From Desulfobacterales bacterium (lineage in GTDB: Bacteria; Desulfobacterota; Desulfobacteria; Desulfobacterales; UBA5852): a DNA stretch of 64,000 nt. A program made the translations under genes and the position numbers. Below, piece after piece: positions 49,002 through 58,635 of this stretch; position 1 is the first letter of the stretch; every line of letters begins with the position of its first letter. The stretch is from assembly GCA_963674755.2 (NCBI GenBank), contig CAXXVS010000003.1, forward strand, positions 864,001-928,000, in the 5' to 3' direction. Under the pieces are notes generated by a model. That model was not told the origin of the DNA and searched no databases. It worked only from the letters and a program-made list of their open reading frames with translations.

Positions 49002-49748
49002 TTAATTCGCATCGATTTCCCGCATGCCGGACATGCGGAACTGGCGGGGAAAGCTTGCGGAAACCCGTTTATGGTCGGCGGAGAAGCCTTTCACCTGCCA
49101 AAAGTAGGTCCTTCCCGGGATGAACTTGTAGCGGGCCACGGCAACGGGCAGTTTATAGTGCAGGTCCTCCGTAAAAGCGGACATCACCGGCCGGTCGGGA
49201 TCGTCATCGATAAACTCGACCAGGTAGGTTTTTACGGCCGGGTTGCCTTCCCAGGCAAAGGCCTGCACGGCCGGATCGACGACGGCGGAATCCGGCGGAT
49301 CGGTCAACACGATGGGGAGCCCCAGGGATTTGACATCGGTGGTCACGAAATAGCCGATTATAGTGGGGTTGAAGCGTTGCGCAGGGGTATTGATGACCAG
49401 GGTGACGATATGCAGTCCTTCCGCAACAGTGGGCAGCCCGGGCGTTTCAGGCGATGCGAGGCGGATTGTGCCCGATCCGGTCACGTACTGGGTGATGTCG
49501 GCAAAAAACTTGTCATCCACCATCCAGCAGCCCTCAAACAGGCCCGAACCGGTGCAGTCGATGTCCGCAAAGGCTTGAAGTCCCTCCTGACGGCGGGCAA
49601 CCATGCGTTGGGTATCATGATCTTCGAAGCGCAAGACAATGCGGGTGATCTTCAGGTCCGAACCTGCTTTTTCAGCCGGCGCCGGAACAACGGCATACCA
49701 GCCCAGCAGAATCGAAACCGCAAGCGATATAACGAAGGTTGGTTTCAT
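49002..49748 (-). CDS. Secreted hypothetical protein, paralog of 47852-48961
   Basis: Signal peptide; same two-domain core. Confidence 0.75.
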   Translation of the reverse strand: MKPTFVISLAVSILLGWYAVVPAPAEKAGSDLKITRIVLRFEDHDTQRMVARRQEGLQAFADIDCTGSGLFEGCWMVDDKFFADITQYVTGSGTIRLASPETPGLPTVAEGLHIVTLVINTPAQRFNPTIIGYFVTTDVKSLGLPIVLTDPPDSAVVDPAVQAFAWEGNPAVKTYLVEFIDDDPDRPVMSAFTEDLHYKLPVAVARYKFIPGRTYFWQVKGFSADHKRVSASFPRQFRMSGMREIDAN

Positions 49749-49761
49749 CACGGTTTTCCAT

Positions 49762-51729
49762 TTAAAATCCGAAATGATAGCTGGTGGAGAAAACAAGCGT
49801 GATCATCGCGTCATTTTCCGTATCGTCCGTCAGGCGGTCGCGGGAGTAAAAATAGCGGCCCTCCAATCCCACGGAGGGGTTGGCGAAGCCGTAGAAGTCG
49901 TCTGTAATCGTATAGGTCAGCTTGGCGATGGTATCCAGAGAAACCATGTCGATGCTGTCGTCGCTGGTTTCGTTGGTGGTGTACGTGCCGGCCAGGTCAT
50001 AGGTGAGTTTGTCTTTGATGATCGTTCCGTTCAGGTTGAGGCTGGCCGTGAAGGTGTCCGTATTCACATCGGTGGTCTCATCGGTGACCCGGGTCCAGTT
50101 CAGGCCGGCGGCCGTGCTGATCCATTCGGAATAATAGGCGGGTGTCAAACCCAACGAGAGAATGCGGCTGTCGTAATCCGCATCGGTCTTGTCGTCGCGT
50201 TCGGCGTAAGTCCCGGAGAGGCCCACGGAATAGCTTTCTTTGAAGTATCCGAGGGTGGTCGTGAAGGTATCGGTGGCGGCATCCACCTTTACCAGCTCAT
50301 CCGGCTCATGGCTGCTCTTTTCGAGATTCCGTAAATACCCCAAGGTGGCCGTGATGTTGCCGAACCGGCCGAGGGTATAGTCGATGGCCCCATCCGTATA
50401 GGTGATGCGGGGATACAGGCGATCGTTCTCCACATTGTCGTGATAGCGCGCCAAGGTGATCTGGATGGCATCGTTGTCAAAGTTGAAGCCGCCGTTGGCG
50501 CGGATTTCTTCCCTGTCGTTGACCGTCCCGGAAGCGCCGATGACCTCATAGTCAGGGCTGATGTACTGGTAGGAGGCCCCGTAGGTGAATTGTTCGTAAT
50601 AGCCGCTGGCGGCAAAACGGTAGGCGTGGCCGGTTTGCGAGGAGAATTCGTCCGACGTATTGAAGTCGTAATCGGAATAGCCTCCTTCGGCTTCCAGCAG
50701 CAGGCGCTGATCGAAGAGGTTCGACTGCAACAAGACGCCCGCCGCGTCACCCTTCCGGGCTCCCGAATCCACAGTCCAAATATTGTAGGAATCCTTTTCC
50801 ACGCCACCGGTGAGATAGGCGGCCTTGACATTCATAAGCCCTGAGAACAGATCGGCGGTTCCGCTAAAAGCGCTGATGCTGTCGTCAGAGGAGTCGCTCA
50901 GGCCCAATCCGCCATTGAAACCGAAGAGATCCCGGCTGCTGGTATTCGACGCCCGGAAGGCATAGTCGCCGTAGGTGACGCCGGCCGCGCCACCGCGCCG
51001 GGAGAGCCCCTGAATGAGATAGGGCGTGAGGTCGATGGGGATGTCGCCGACTTCGGTATAGGCCTTCATGTCATCCTGGGTGTAGCTGGCGGTGAGCAGG
51101 AAATCGGCCAGATTGACCCCGGATTCTTGGGGCGGCGGTACGGGCTGGTTTTGCTTCAGGTACCACAGATTGCCGTCGGCCGTCGCTTCGAAGCCGCCCT
51201 CCTTGATCTTGGATGACGAACTGAGATTGCCGGTGACCTGATAGTTGGATTCGTCTTCGAAGCGTCCCCGACGGTAGACGGCCGACCGGTAGACCGCCCC
51301 GACGTCATTGTTCGAATACGCTTCCTCGAATTGCCCCGAATGGCGGCTGTGAAACGATTTTTGTTCTTCCACCTGTGTGCCGTCGGCGTAATAGACGATC
51401 ACCATGAGAAGATGATCGCCGGAGGGCAACGGCTCGATGGGCTGATAGATGAAATCATACTGGTCCTGCCGCACCAGGGCCGTGATATCGGTACCGTCGA
51501 GGATGGCCAGATAGCCTTCGACGTTTTCCAGACTTGAAAACCGGAACCGGATAACAGGCTGTTTGCCGACCACGGTCGACTGCTCCTGGGGGTCGATCAG
51601 TTCGATAATGCCCGAGGGATTGCTTTCCGCAGAAGATTCGCCGGCGGCGAGGGCGGGCACCGCCCGTGACGCCCAAGCCATTACAAATAAAAGCACCAAC
51701 AGAATCGGAAGGGAAGGTGTCTTTCGCAT
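49762..51729 (-). CDS. Predicted outer-membrane beta-barrel protein with N-terminal Ig-like domain
   Basis: Signal peptide; ~500 aa of alternating aromatic/Gly beta-strands; ends STSYHFGF. Confidence 0.7.
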   Translation of the reverse strand: MRKTPSLPILLVLLFVMAWASRAVPALAAGESSAESNPSGIIELIDPQEQSTVVGKQPVIRFRFSSLENVEGYLAILDGTDITALVRQDQYDFIYQPIEPLPSGDHLLMVIVYYADGTQVEEQKSFHSRHSGQFEEAYSNNDVGAVYRSAVYRRGRFEDESNYQVTGNLSSSSKIKEGGFEATADGNLWYLKQNQPVPPPQESGVNLADFLLTASYTQDDMKAYTEVGDIPIDLTPYLIQGLSRRGGAAGVTYGDYAFRASNTSSRDLFGFNGGLGLSDSSDDSISAFSGTADLFSGLMNVKAAYLTGGVEKDSYNIWTVDSGARKGDAAGVLLQSNLFDQRLLLEAEGGYSDYDFNTSDEFSSQTGHAYRFAASGYYEQFTYGASYQYISPDYEVIGASGTVNDREEIRANGGFNFDNDAIQITLARYHDNVENDRLYPRITYTDGAIDYTLGRFGNITATLGYLRNLEKSSHEPDELVKVDAATDTFTTTLGYFKESYSVGLSGTYAERDDKTDADYDSRILSLGLTPAYYSEWISTAAGLNWTRVTDETTDVNTDTFTASLNLNGTIIKDKLTYDLAGTYTTNETSDDSIDMVSLDTIAKLTYTITDDFYGFANPSVGLEGRYFYSRDRLTDDTENDAMITLVFSTSYHFGF

Positions 51730-52012
51730 AGAACGCTCATCAGCTGGGGTGGCAGATTCAGTATTCCGGCTCAGTGACGGGTCTTCAAATCGATTGTCAC
51801 GGGAAAATTGTGTAATGGCGCTTGGTTCCATAACCTATCTTACTAATGGGATGCTGTCAATTCGGCGGTGGTGTACTTGCAACGATGCCCCTTACTTGGC
51901 AAACACGGCCCATCGCCCAAAGGTTTCAGGTGGGGCCGGAATCGTTTCGCTTAGGATTTCAGTACTTCTTTTCCCGTCCCGGGTCCTGTGAAACCCTGGG
52001 GGGTGTCCGCGG

Positions 52013-53128
52013 TCAGTTCAGGGTGATGATCTTCTCGTGTAGCTTGATGTTGGAAGGTTTCAACAGCACATGCACCTTCAACCGCGTTCCGGGGGGCACG
52101 GAATAAGCGCTGTAGTCTCCGACGAGTTGGACCGTGCCCTCGGCGGGGATGGTTTCAGTGGACCAGATGGTCATGCCCTGCTGACCGTTTTCCAGCGGCC
52201 AGCCGGCAATGCCCACCGGCAGCGGCAGGGCGGTGTTGTTTTTGACCGTCGCTACCCATTGCCGGGTTCCCGGGTACCAGGTGATATCCTGCACGATCGC
52301 TTTGATCTTTGACCGGTCGGCGGGTTTCGTCATGTTTCCGATGGTGGGTTTCAAGGACAGGTTGTAGGTGTCCAGCACAGCGTAGCCGGGCTGCTGCCCC
52401 GCGGTCTCATCCCTGAAAATGGCTTGCAGGCCAATGGGGGCGGCCACATTGCTCATCCCGGAGCACGAGGTGCCGCTACCGGCCGGAATGACCTTGGTCA
52501 TTTCAGCGCCGGCGCGTCCATCGGAAGCGATCGGACGCACCGACACTCTAAGGGCATAGGCCGTATTGTTCTTCAAGCTCGTGGTCCACTTGTGCTTGGC
52601 CGGATCGAATGCGGCCCTGGTGATGTCGACATCGAGGGGGGGGACATCGGTGGTCATCGAATCCAGCAGGACGCCTTCGTAATGCATTTCAAGTTGGAGC
52701 CGGATGGCCGAACTCGACCGGTTCCATCCATAGCATCCGGTCATTGACTGGCCGGGGCGAAGTTCCAGGCCCGTGTTGACGGTATGAACCGGAATCCGCC
52801 CCCCGTTCTGCAGAATCTGGAAGGTTTTGAATTGCGCCTGCCGGAGGTTAAGGGTTGCCGCGCCGGTGTTTTGAATATCATATGTGAATAACCACTTGCC
52901 GGAGGGCTCCGTTCGGAATCCAATGGCTTTAATTTTCGCTTCCCGTTTGAGTTCGAAGGCCTGTTTCTCGAGCGGCGCCTTGATGGGGAGCGCGGGTTTT
53001 TTCGGGAGCGCGGTCTTATTGAGGGTTCGCGCATCCGCTGCCCATAGTAGACCCGGGAAAAGTCCCACCATCAGCACACCCAGGAAAAGTTTTTTCCGAA
53101 ACGACCGCACGACGGTTTTTACGCTCAT
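52013..53128 (-). CDS. Secreted protein with three CARDB/Ig-like repeats
   Basis: GAGGAG RBS, signal peptide; repeats KWLFTYDIQNT, KWTTSLKNNT, QWVATVKNNT. Confidence 0.7.
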   Translation of the reverse strand: MSVKTVVRSFRKKLFLGVLMVGLFPGLLWAADARTLNKTALPKKPALPIKAPLEKQAFELKREAKIKAIGFRTEPSGKWLFTYDIQNTGAATLNLRQAQFKTFQILQNGGRIPVHTVNTGLELRPGQSMTGCYGWNRSSSAIRLQLEMHYEGVLLDSMTTDVPPLDVDITRAAFDPAKHKWTTSLKNNTAYALRVSVRPIASDGRAGAEMTKVIPAGSGTSCSGMSNVAAPIGLQAIFRDETAGQQPGYAVLDTYNLSLKPTIGNMTKPADRSKIKAIVQDITWYPGTRQWVATVKNNTALPLPVGIAGWPLENGQQGMTIWSTETIPAEGTVQLVGDYSAYSVPPGTRLKVHVLLKPSNIKLHEKIITLN

Positions 53129-53230
53129 TGGTTTTCTCCTCGATTGCTTTTTGTATTCAGGTTCAGGTTTCGATGACCGCATCAAATTCATATGCGCAGG
53201 TCACTGAGCCGTAAAAGGCGTTCGGGACTA

Positions 53231-53257
53231 CGTGACCCTTTGGATGCAAAAGGTTCA
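53231..53257 (-). promoter_or_regulatory. Putative ECF promoter for the 52013-53128 gene
   Basis: TGAACCTTTT-GCATCCAAAGGGTC-ACG. Confidence 0.55.
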
Positions 53258-53549
53258 AAAAAAAAGGGGCGGCCACGGTTGGGCGGGTTCCCCGCGACCG
53301 TTTCCTGCGCAAAGGCCATTGCCCGGCAGGGAACCACCTGCGGCAGGCGATAGCGAACCGAAGCCTTCTGCGAGATGTCAAATGGCCCCATCCTGAACGG
53401 TTTTTCAGAAGAAAATGCCCGGTACCTATCGTCAGGAAAGGGAAATGTCTTATGTTTGGGGAATAGACTTTATGCGAGCGGCCAGGACCCGGCGCATGGA
53501 CCCTGCGGTCCTGACCAAGGAAGCCTTTTCCCAAGAAAGGAGCAACACC

Positions 53550-54131
53550 ATGAGTGCCAAAAAAATCTTGATGCTGGTCGGCGATTTTGTCGAGGATTAT
53601 GAAGTGATGGTGCCCTTCCAGGCCCTTCTGATGGTGGGGCATACCGTACATGCGGTCTGCCCCGACAAGAAGGCGGGCGAGACGGTGCGCACGGCGGTCC
53701 ACGATTTCGAGGGCGACCAGACCTATAGCGAAAAGCCGGGGCACAATTTCGCCCTGAACGCCACCTTTGACGAGATCAGGGCCGAAGACTACGATGCCCT
53801 GGTCATTCCCGGCGGGCGTGCGCCGGAATATATCCGCCTGAACGAAAAGGTGCTCGCCATCGTGCGCCATTTCGCCGAGGCCGGCAAGCCCATGGCCGCC
53901 ATTTGTCACGGCGCCCAGGTATTGGCCGCAGCCGGGGTGGTCGCCGGCAAAAGCTGCTCGGCCTACCCGGCCGTAGGGCCGGACGTCACCCGGGCCGGGG
54001 GCACTTATATGGACATCCCGGTGGACAAAGCCCATGTGGACGGCAATCTGGTCAGCGCGCCGGCCTGGCCGGCCCATCCGGATTGGCTGGCTAAATTCCT
54101 GAAGGTGTTGGGGACCAAGATCGAACCCTGA
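53550..54131 (+). CDS. DJ-1/PfpI family protein
   Basis: [30 protein letters not shown]. Confidence 0.93.
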   Translation: MSAKKILMLVGDFVEDYEVMVPFQALLMVGHTVHAVCPDKKAGETVRTAVHDFEGDQTYSEKPGHNFALNATFDEIRAEDYDALVIPGGRAPEYIRLNEKVLAIVRHFAEAGKPMAAICHGAQVLAAAGVVAGKSCSAYPAVGPDVTRAGGTYMDIPVDKAHVDGNLVSAPAWPAHPDWLAKFLKVLGTKIEP

Positions 54132-54291
54132 CGCTATGAATGACAAAACCTGACTGCCACCGAGATCCGCGCGGATGCGGGTTGTTTGCCCAGCGCAGCT
54201 TCCCGCGTCCCTGTGGTATTCCGCCGGAGGCCTGCGTACGAAAACGCTGCCCGGGCATACGTGGGCCCGGATCTAATGAGGACGTTTGGCT

Positions 54292-55770
54292 ATGAGCCCG
54301 AAACCGGTCCCCGGCCTGGACGCGCATTCGCCTGATGCCGATATGCAAGCCCTGCGGGCGCGTTGCCGGGCGCTTGAAGATACCCTGGCGCGCATGGAGC
54401 AGCGCAACCGGCTGCTGGGGGACAGTGCGCCTTTCGGCATTTTTACGATCGACCACGAAGGCTGCATCAACGGGCTCAACAACAAAATGCGCACCATTCT
54501 GGGATGGCCCGCGGCACCCCACCCGCCGGAGGCCAGCGCCTTTGAACTGCCCATGTTCATGGAAACCGGTGTCGGCGATGACCTGCGTCTGTGCCTGAAG
54601 ACGGGCCGCGCCGCTATCAAGGCCCACCCCTGCCTCAACCATCGGGACGAGTGCCTGCAGCTGCGCTTTCACATGAGCCCGGTAATGAATGCCGCCAACC
54701 AGGTCGAGGGCGTGATCGTGTTCGTGGAAGACTTCTCCCTCATGCAGGAGGCGGCCGAGGCCGTCCGGGAAATCGATCACCGCTACCACGTCCTGTTTCA
54801 CTCGGCGCCGGTGGCCATGATCGAGAGGGATGCTTCCCAGCTCAAGCGCCATATCGAAGAACTCCGCAGCCGGGGCATCGACGATCTGGAAGTCTATTTT
54901 AAGGAAAATCCGGAGGAGGTCCTGAACTGCATCCAACAGGTCAAGACCATCGATTTCAACCGGGCCTTCATGGACCTGCTGGACGCCGACAACCGGCAGG
55001 ATTTATCGTTTGGCGTATCTTGGGGCGATCCGCAGGAATTCAGGGCGTTGGCGCGGGAAGTCATCCTCATGATTGCCGGCGGTGATATCCGGGAGGAACG
55101 GGAACGGGTGATCACCTCCCTTAAAGGCCGGCGCAAAACCGTCTTGACCAAGGGGCTGGCGGTTTCGGGCTATGAGGATACCCTGTCGCGCCTGATCATC
55201 ACCTTGGTGGACATCAGCAAGCGCAAGGAGGCGGAAGATGCCCTGCGTGAAAGCGAGCGCCAATTTCGGGAACTGGCCCTGCGGGACACCCTTACCGGTC
55301 TGTACAACCGCCGTTTTCTCTACCAGTCACTGCCCGCGCTGATTGCCTCCGGTCGCTACGACAGCCGCGGGATAGCCTTGATTTTCATGGATCTGGATAA
55401 TTTCAAAAGAATCGTGGATACCCACGGTCATCTCCACGGCAGCCAGGTCATCAAGGAGGTGGCCGCCACTATCCGGGCGCCTCTGGTTTCACCGGCCTAC
55501 GCCGTCGCTTATGCCGGCGACGAATTTGTAGTGGTGCTGCCGGGCTGCGATCTCCTCCAAGCCCGGGAAATGGCGGCGCGTATCCAACAGGACATTCGAG
55601 AGGCGCTCTACCTGCAACAGGAGGATTTGAAGGTCCGGGTAAAAGCCAGCATGGGGCTGGCCGCCTATCCGGCCCAGGCCAAGGATGCCGGCGAGTTGCT
55701 GGCCTTTGCGGACCAAGCGTTGTTTGCCATGAAGGTTCGGGGTAAAGACGGCGTCAGGGTGTATGGATAA
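54292..55770 (+). CDS. PAS-domain diguanylate cyclase (AGDEF variant)
   Basis: DTLTGLYNRR, DLDNFK, HGHLHG, YAGDEF, ADQAL. Confidence 0.85.
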   Translation: MSPKPVPGLDAHSPDADMQALRARCRALEDTLARMEQRNRLLGDSAPFGIFTIDHEGCINGLNNKMRTILGWPAAPHPPEASAFELPMFMETGVGDDLRLCLKTGRAAIKAHPCLNHRDECLQLRFHMSPVMNAANQVEGVIVFVEDFSLMQEAAEAVREIDHRYHVLFHSAPVAMIERDASQLKRHIEELRSRGIDDLEVYFKENPEEVLNCIQQVKTIDFNRAFMDLLDADNRQDLSFGVSWGDPQEFRALAREVILMIAGGDIREERERVITSLKGRRKTVLTKGLAVSGYEDTLSRLIITLVDISKRKEAEDALRESERQFRELALRDTLTGLYNRRFLYQSLPALIASGRYDSRGIALIFMDLDNFKRIVDTHGHLHGSQVIKEVAATIRAPLVSPAYAVAYAGDEFVVVLPGCDLLQAREMAARIQQDIREALYLQQEDLKVRVKASMGLAAYPAQAKDAGELLAFADQALFAMKVRGKDGVRVYG

Positions 55771-55799
55771 AGGGTCCGGTTTTTCCCATCGGAAGGTTG

Positions 55800-56444
55800 C
55801 TATACAGGGGCGGGCAGGTTGAGGGCCTGGAGACGGCAGCCGGCCGGCCGCAGTGCGATGATGCTCAGAGCCCCGTAAGCGACGCCGACGGAGAAGAGGT
55901 TTTCCAGGGGCATCCCCAGCAGGCGGCAGAGCAGCACACGGATCACTCCGGCGTGGGTCACCACGAGGGTCCGGCGTTGGGGTTGACAGAGCCGTTCTTC
56001 GAAGAAGGGCCATACGCGACGATCGAGATCCCGGAAGGATTCCCCGCCGGGCGGGCGGTGGTCGGCGATGCAGCGGCCACGCTGCTGAAAGGCCTGGGGA
56101 TCACGGCCTTGAATGGCGGCAAAGGACTGGCCCTCCCATGCGCCCAGTGCGATCTCCCGCAGTTCCGGCCGGGCCCGGGGCGTTTGCTGGCTGGCCGCGC
56201 CAATGATTCGGGCGGTATCCAGGCAGCGGGAAAGGTCGCTGCAAACAATCGTATCCAGTTTCACCGTGGCAAAATAGGCGGCCCAGGCCTCGGCTTGCAC
56301 GCGCCCCCTGCCGCTCAGGGGCCGATCCCCCTGACCGATATAGTGGCGGCCTGCACCGGTTTTTTCCACGTCGCCGTGGCGCAGGAGAAAAAGCCGGCCG
56401 CTGTCTTCGGTGCCGTTTGGAGGCTGCGTCGGCGCGACGGTCAT
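55800..56444 (-). CDS. Histidine phosphatase family protein (CobC-like)
   Basis: LRHG, SDLSR, LREIALGAWEG, GGES, VTHAG. Confidence 0.9.
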   Translation of the reverse strand: MTVAPTQPPNGTEDSGRLFLLRHGDVEKTGAGRHYIGQGDRPLSGRGRVQAEAWAAYFATVKLDTIVCSDLSRCLDTARIIGAASQQTPRARPELREIALGAWEGQSFAAIQGRDPQAFQQRGRCIADHRPPGGESFRDLDRRVWPFFEERLCQPQRRTLVVTHAGVIRVLLCRLLGMPLENLFSVGVAYGALSIIALRPAGCRLQALNLPAPV

Positions 56445-57592
56445 CTCTCCATCTCCCCGTGATTTTCTGTTTCCCCAATAATGGTCATGAGGGCGCGGCC
56501 CGCAGCCGTTTCCACCTTGGCCTGCACGCGCCGGGCATTGTCCCGGCGGCGGGCGATGGCGGCGGCCACATCCGGGTCCCGGCCGTATTTGTCCATCTTA
56601 CGGCCAAAGCGCTCTTCAAGATCCACCAGCCGGTCGCCCGCCGCCAGTTTGTCCGCCAGAAAAACGATCTGGGCCTCGTCGAGGGGGGCTTCCCCATCCA
56701 CCGCCAGATCCATGTGATCGGCCACCAGGGGGGCCAGACGGGGGAACCCGTGGGTTTCGAGCAACCGCGCTCCGGCCCGGGCGTGGTCGGGTTGGGTACG
56801 GGCGATGTCATGGAGCAGGGCCGCGGCTTCGGTCAGCTCGCTGTCGATAGAGACCCCGGCCGCCGCGAGGGCGTCCGCCAGACGCCGGGCGATCGCCGCT
56901 ACGGCCCGGCAGTGGGCCACGACATCCGCCGGCAGTTTCTGAATGCCCTCCATCAATACCCGAACTTCGGCGGCGGAAGGTAGATCGCCGCGGAGCGACC
57001 GGGCCTGGAGGCGGCGGTAGTCGGCGGGGGTGTCCATATCCATCAGGACGGCTTCATCCGCCACGGGAAGCTCTCGGCTGGCGGCCTCCCGGTCTTGCAG
57101 GCAAGCGCGCAGGCCGCCGGTCCCCTTCCAGGATAAAATTCCCGGTATCAGGTCGCGCTGGATCAGCGTGGGGTGCCCGCGTCGATCATCGAAAAGCGGG
57201 TAAAGAATAGCCGGCCTCCAGGCCTGGAAGGCGTCAACCAGCCGGCGGATCGTATGGGGACGGACCAGGGGGATGTCCGCCGGGTGGATGAAGAAGGCCG
57301 GGCAGGATGCGGGCAGCGCCCGGATACCTGCCTGCACCGAAGAGAACATGCCCTGGCAGTACTGCTTGTTCTCGACACAGGACACCTTCAGGGGCGCCAA
57401 GGTCTGCTGGAGCTCGTCCGCGCGGTGACCCGTCACGACGATCAGATCGCTGATTCCGGCGGAAAGGAAGGCCTGAGCCACGCGTTCGATGGCCCTGCCT
57501 GAGCCGATCGGCAGCAACGGTTTGAACCGCTCCATACGGCTTGATTGTCCGGCCGCCAGGATGACGGCCGCGATGGCGCTAGTGCCTTTCAC
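56441..57592 (-). CDS. DVU_1551-family NTP transferase (MocA-like) fused to HD domain
   Basis: ILAAGQSSRM..KPLL, GHP, DMDTPADY; H..AALLHDI..H..ADK; GTG start overlaps XdhC stop. Confidence 0.85.
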   Translation of the reverse strand: MKGTSAIAAVILAAGQSSRMERFKPLLPIGSGRAIERVAQAFLSAGISDLIVVTGHRADELQQTLAPLKVSCVENKQYCQGMFSSVQAGIRALPASCPAFFIHPADIPLVRPHTIRRLVDAFQAWRPAILYPLFDDRRGHPTLIQRDLIPGILSWKGTGGLRACLQDREAASRELPVADEAVLMDMDTPADYRRLQARSLRGDLPSAAEVRVLMEGIQKLPADVVAHCRAVAAIARRLADALAAAGVSIDSELTEAAALLHDIARTQPDHARAGARLLETHGFPRLAPLVADHMDLAVDGEAPLDEAQIVFLADKLAAGDRLVDLEERFGRKMDKYGRDPDVAAAIARRRDNARRVQAKVETAAGRALMTIIGETENHGEMER

Positions 57593-58635
57593 GGAGCATC
57601 CCCCGCCCGGACGGCGATGAGCTCGGCCACGATGCTTACCGCAATTTCCTCCGGGGTTTGGGCCCCGATGGCCAGACCAATGGGGGAATGGACCCGGTCG
57701 ATGGCCGTCTGGGCAATTCCCTGGTTGAGAAGGTTGCGGTAGATGGTCGCCCGTTTTTTGCGGCTGCCGATCATGCCGATGTAGCCGGCGTTGGTGGCCA
57801 GGGCGCCGGCCAGGACGTTCTGGTCGTGCAGATGGCCCCGGGTCAGGATCATCACGAAGTCGTCCGCACCCGGCGCCGGACCGTCGAAGGCCTGATCGAA
57901 GTTCTCCAACAAATGGATCGCGTGAGCATCGGGGAAGCGCTCCCGGTTGGCGAATTCCCGGCGGTCGTCGTAGACATGCACCCGGAAGCCCACCAGAGCG
58001 GCCAGGTGGGCCGTGGGCCGGGCCACATGGCCGGCGCCGAAGAGATGGGCGGCGCACACCCGCCCGGCCGGCTCCACCACCACGAAGGCGCCGTCGAAAG
58101 CCAGGGTTTTGGCCCCCGGCGTAGCGGCCGCCGCCATGATTTCCTCCCGTTCGAAGCCGGTCAGGGGAAAGGTCCCCTGGAGGTCGCCACCGGCCTCAAT
58201 CAGGCAATGGGTGACCCGGTCCACCGTCTCCCCTTCCGCTATAACGTTGGTTAAAAAGCACCCCGGTGCGCCTTCGGCGATGATCTGCCGCCACTTTTCG
58301 AAGATCGCCCGGTCGGCATTGCCGGGAATCACGCAGTCCAGGAGCACCTCGGCTTGCCCGCCGCAGATCATGTCCATGGAAGCGACGGTGTCGTAGCTCA
58401 GATCAAACGGCATGACGGCCGATTGCCCGCGGGGAATCAGTTCCACGGCCCGGGCCATGACCCCGGCCTCCAAAAGGCCGCCGCCGATGGTGCCGATGCC
58501 TCGGCCGTCGGCCGTGACGATCATTTTGCTGCCGGCTGTCCGGGGGGTGGAGCCTATGTGGCTGATAATCGTGGCCAGTACGAAGGGCGCCCCGCTATCG
58601 AGCAGTCGGCAGGCCTCCTCGGCGATCGTTTTCAT
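57589..58635 (-). CDS. xdhC: XdhC family molybdoenzyme maturation factor
   Basis: GSTPR, GTIGGG, MICGG, FGAGHV, YIGMIGSRKK, PIGLAIGAQTPEEIA. Confidence 0.92.
   Translation of the reverse strand: MKTIAEEACRLLDSGAPFVLATIISHIGSTPRTAGSKMIVTADGRGIGTIGGGLLEAGVMARAVELIPRGQSAVMPFDLSYDTVASMDMICGGQAEVLLDCVIPGNADRAIFEKWRQIIAEGAPGCFLTNVIAEGETVDRVTHCLIEAGGDLQGTFPLTGFEREEIMAAAATPGAKTLAFDGAFVVVEPAGRVCAAHLFGAGHVARPTAHLAALVGFRVHVYDDRREFANRERFPDAHAIHLLENFDQAFDGPAPGADDFVMILTRGHLHDQNVLAGALATNAGYIGMIGSRKKRATIYRNLLNQGIAQTAIDRVHSPIGLAIGAQTPEEIAVSIVAELIAVRAGDAP

Noticed and set aside
51768..53211. 12-mer GTCACTGAGCCG present upstream of both the barrel gene and the 52013-53128 gene
   Set aside because: Opposite orientations, not palindromic, only two copies; may be chance
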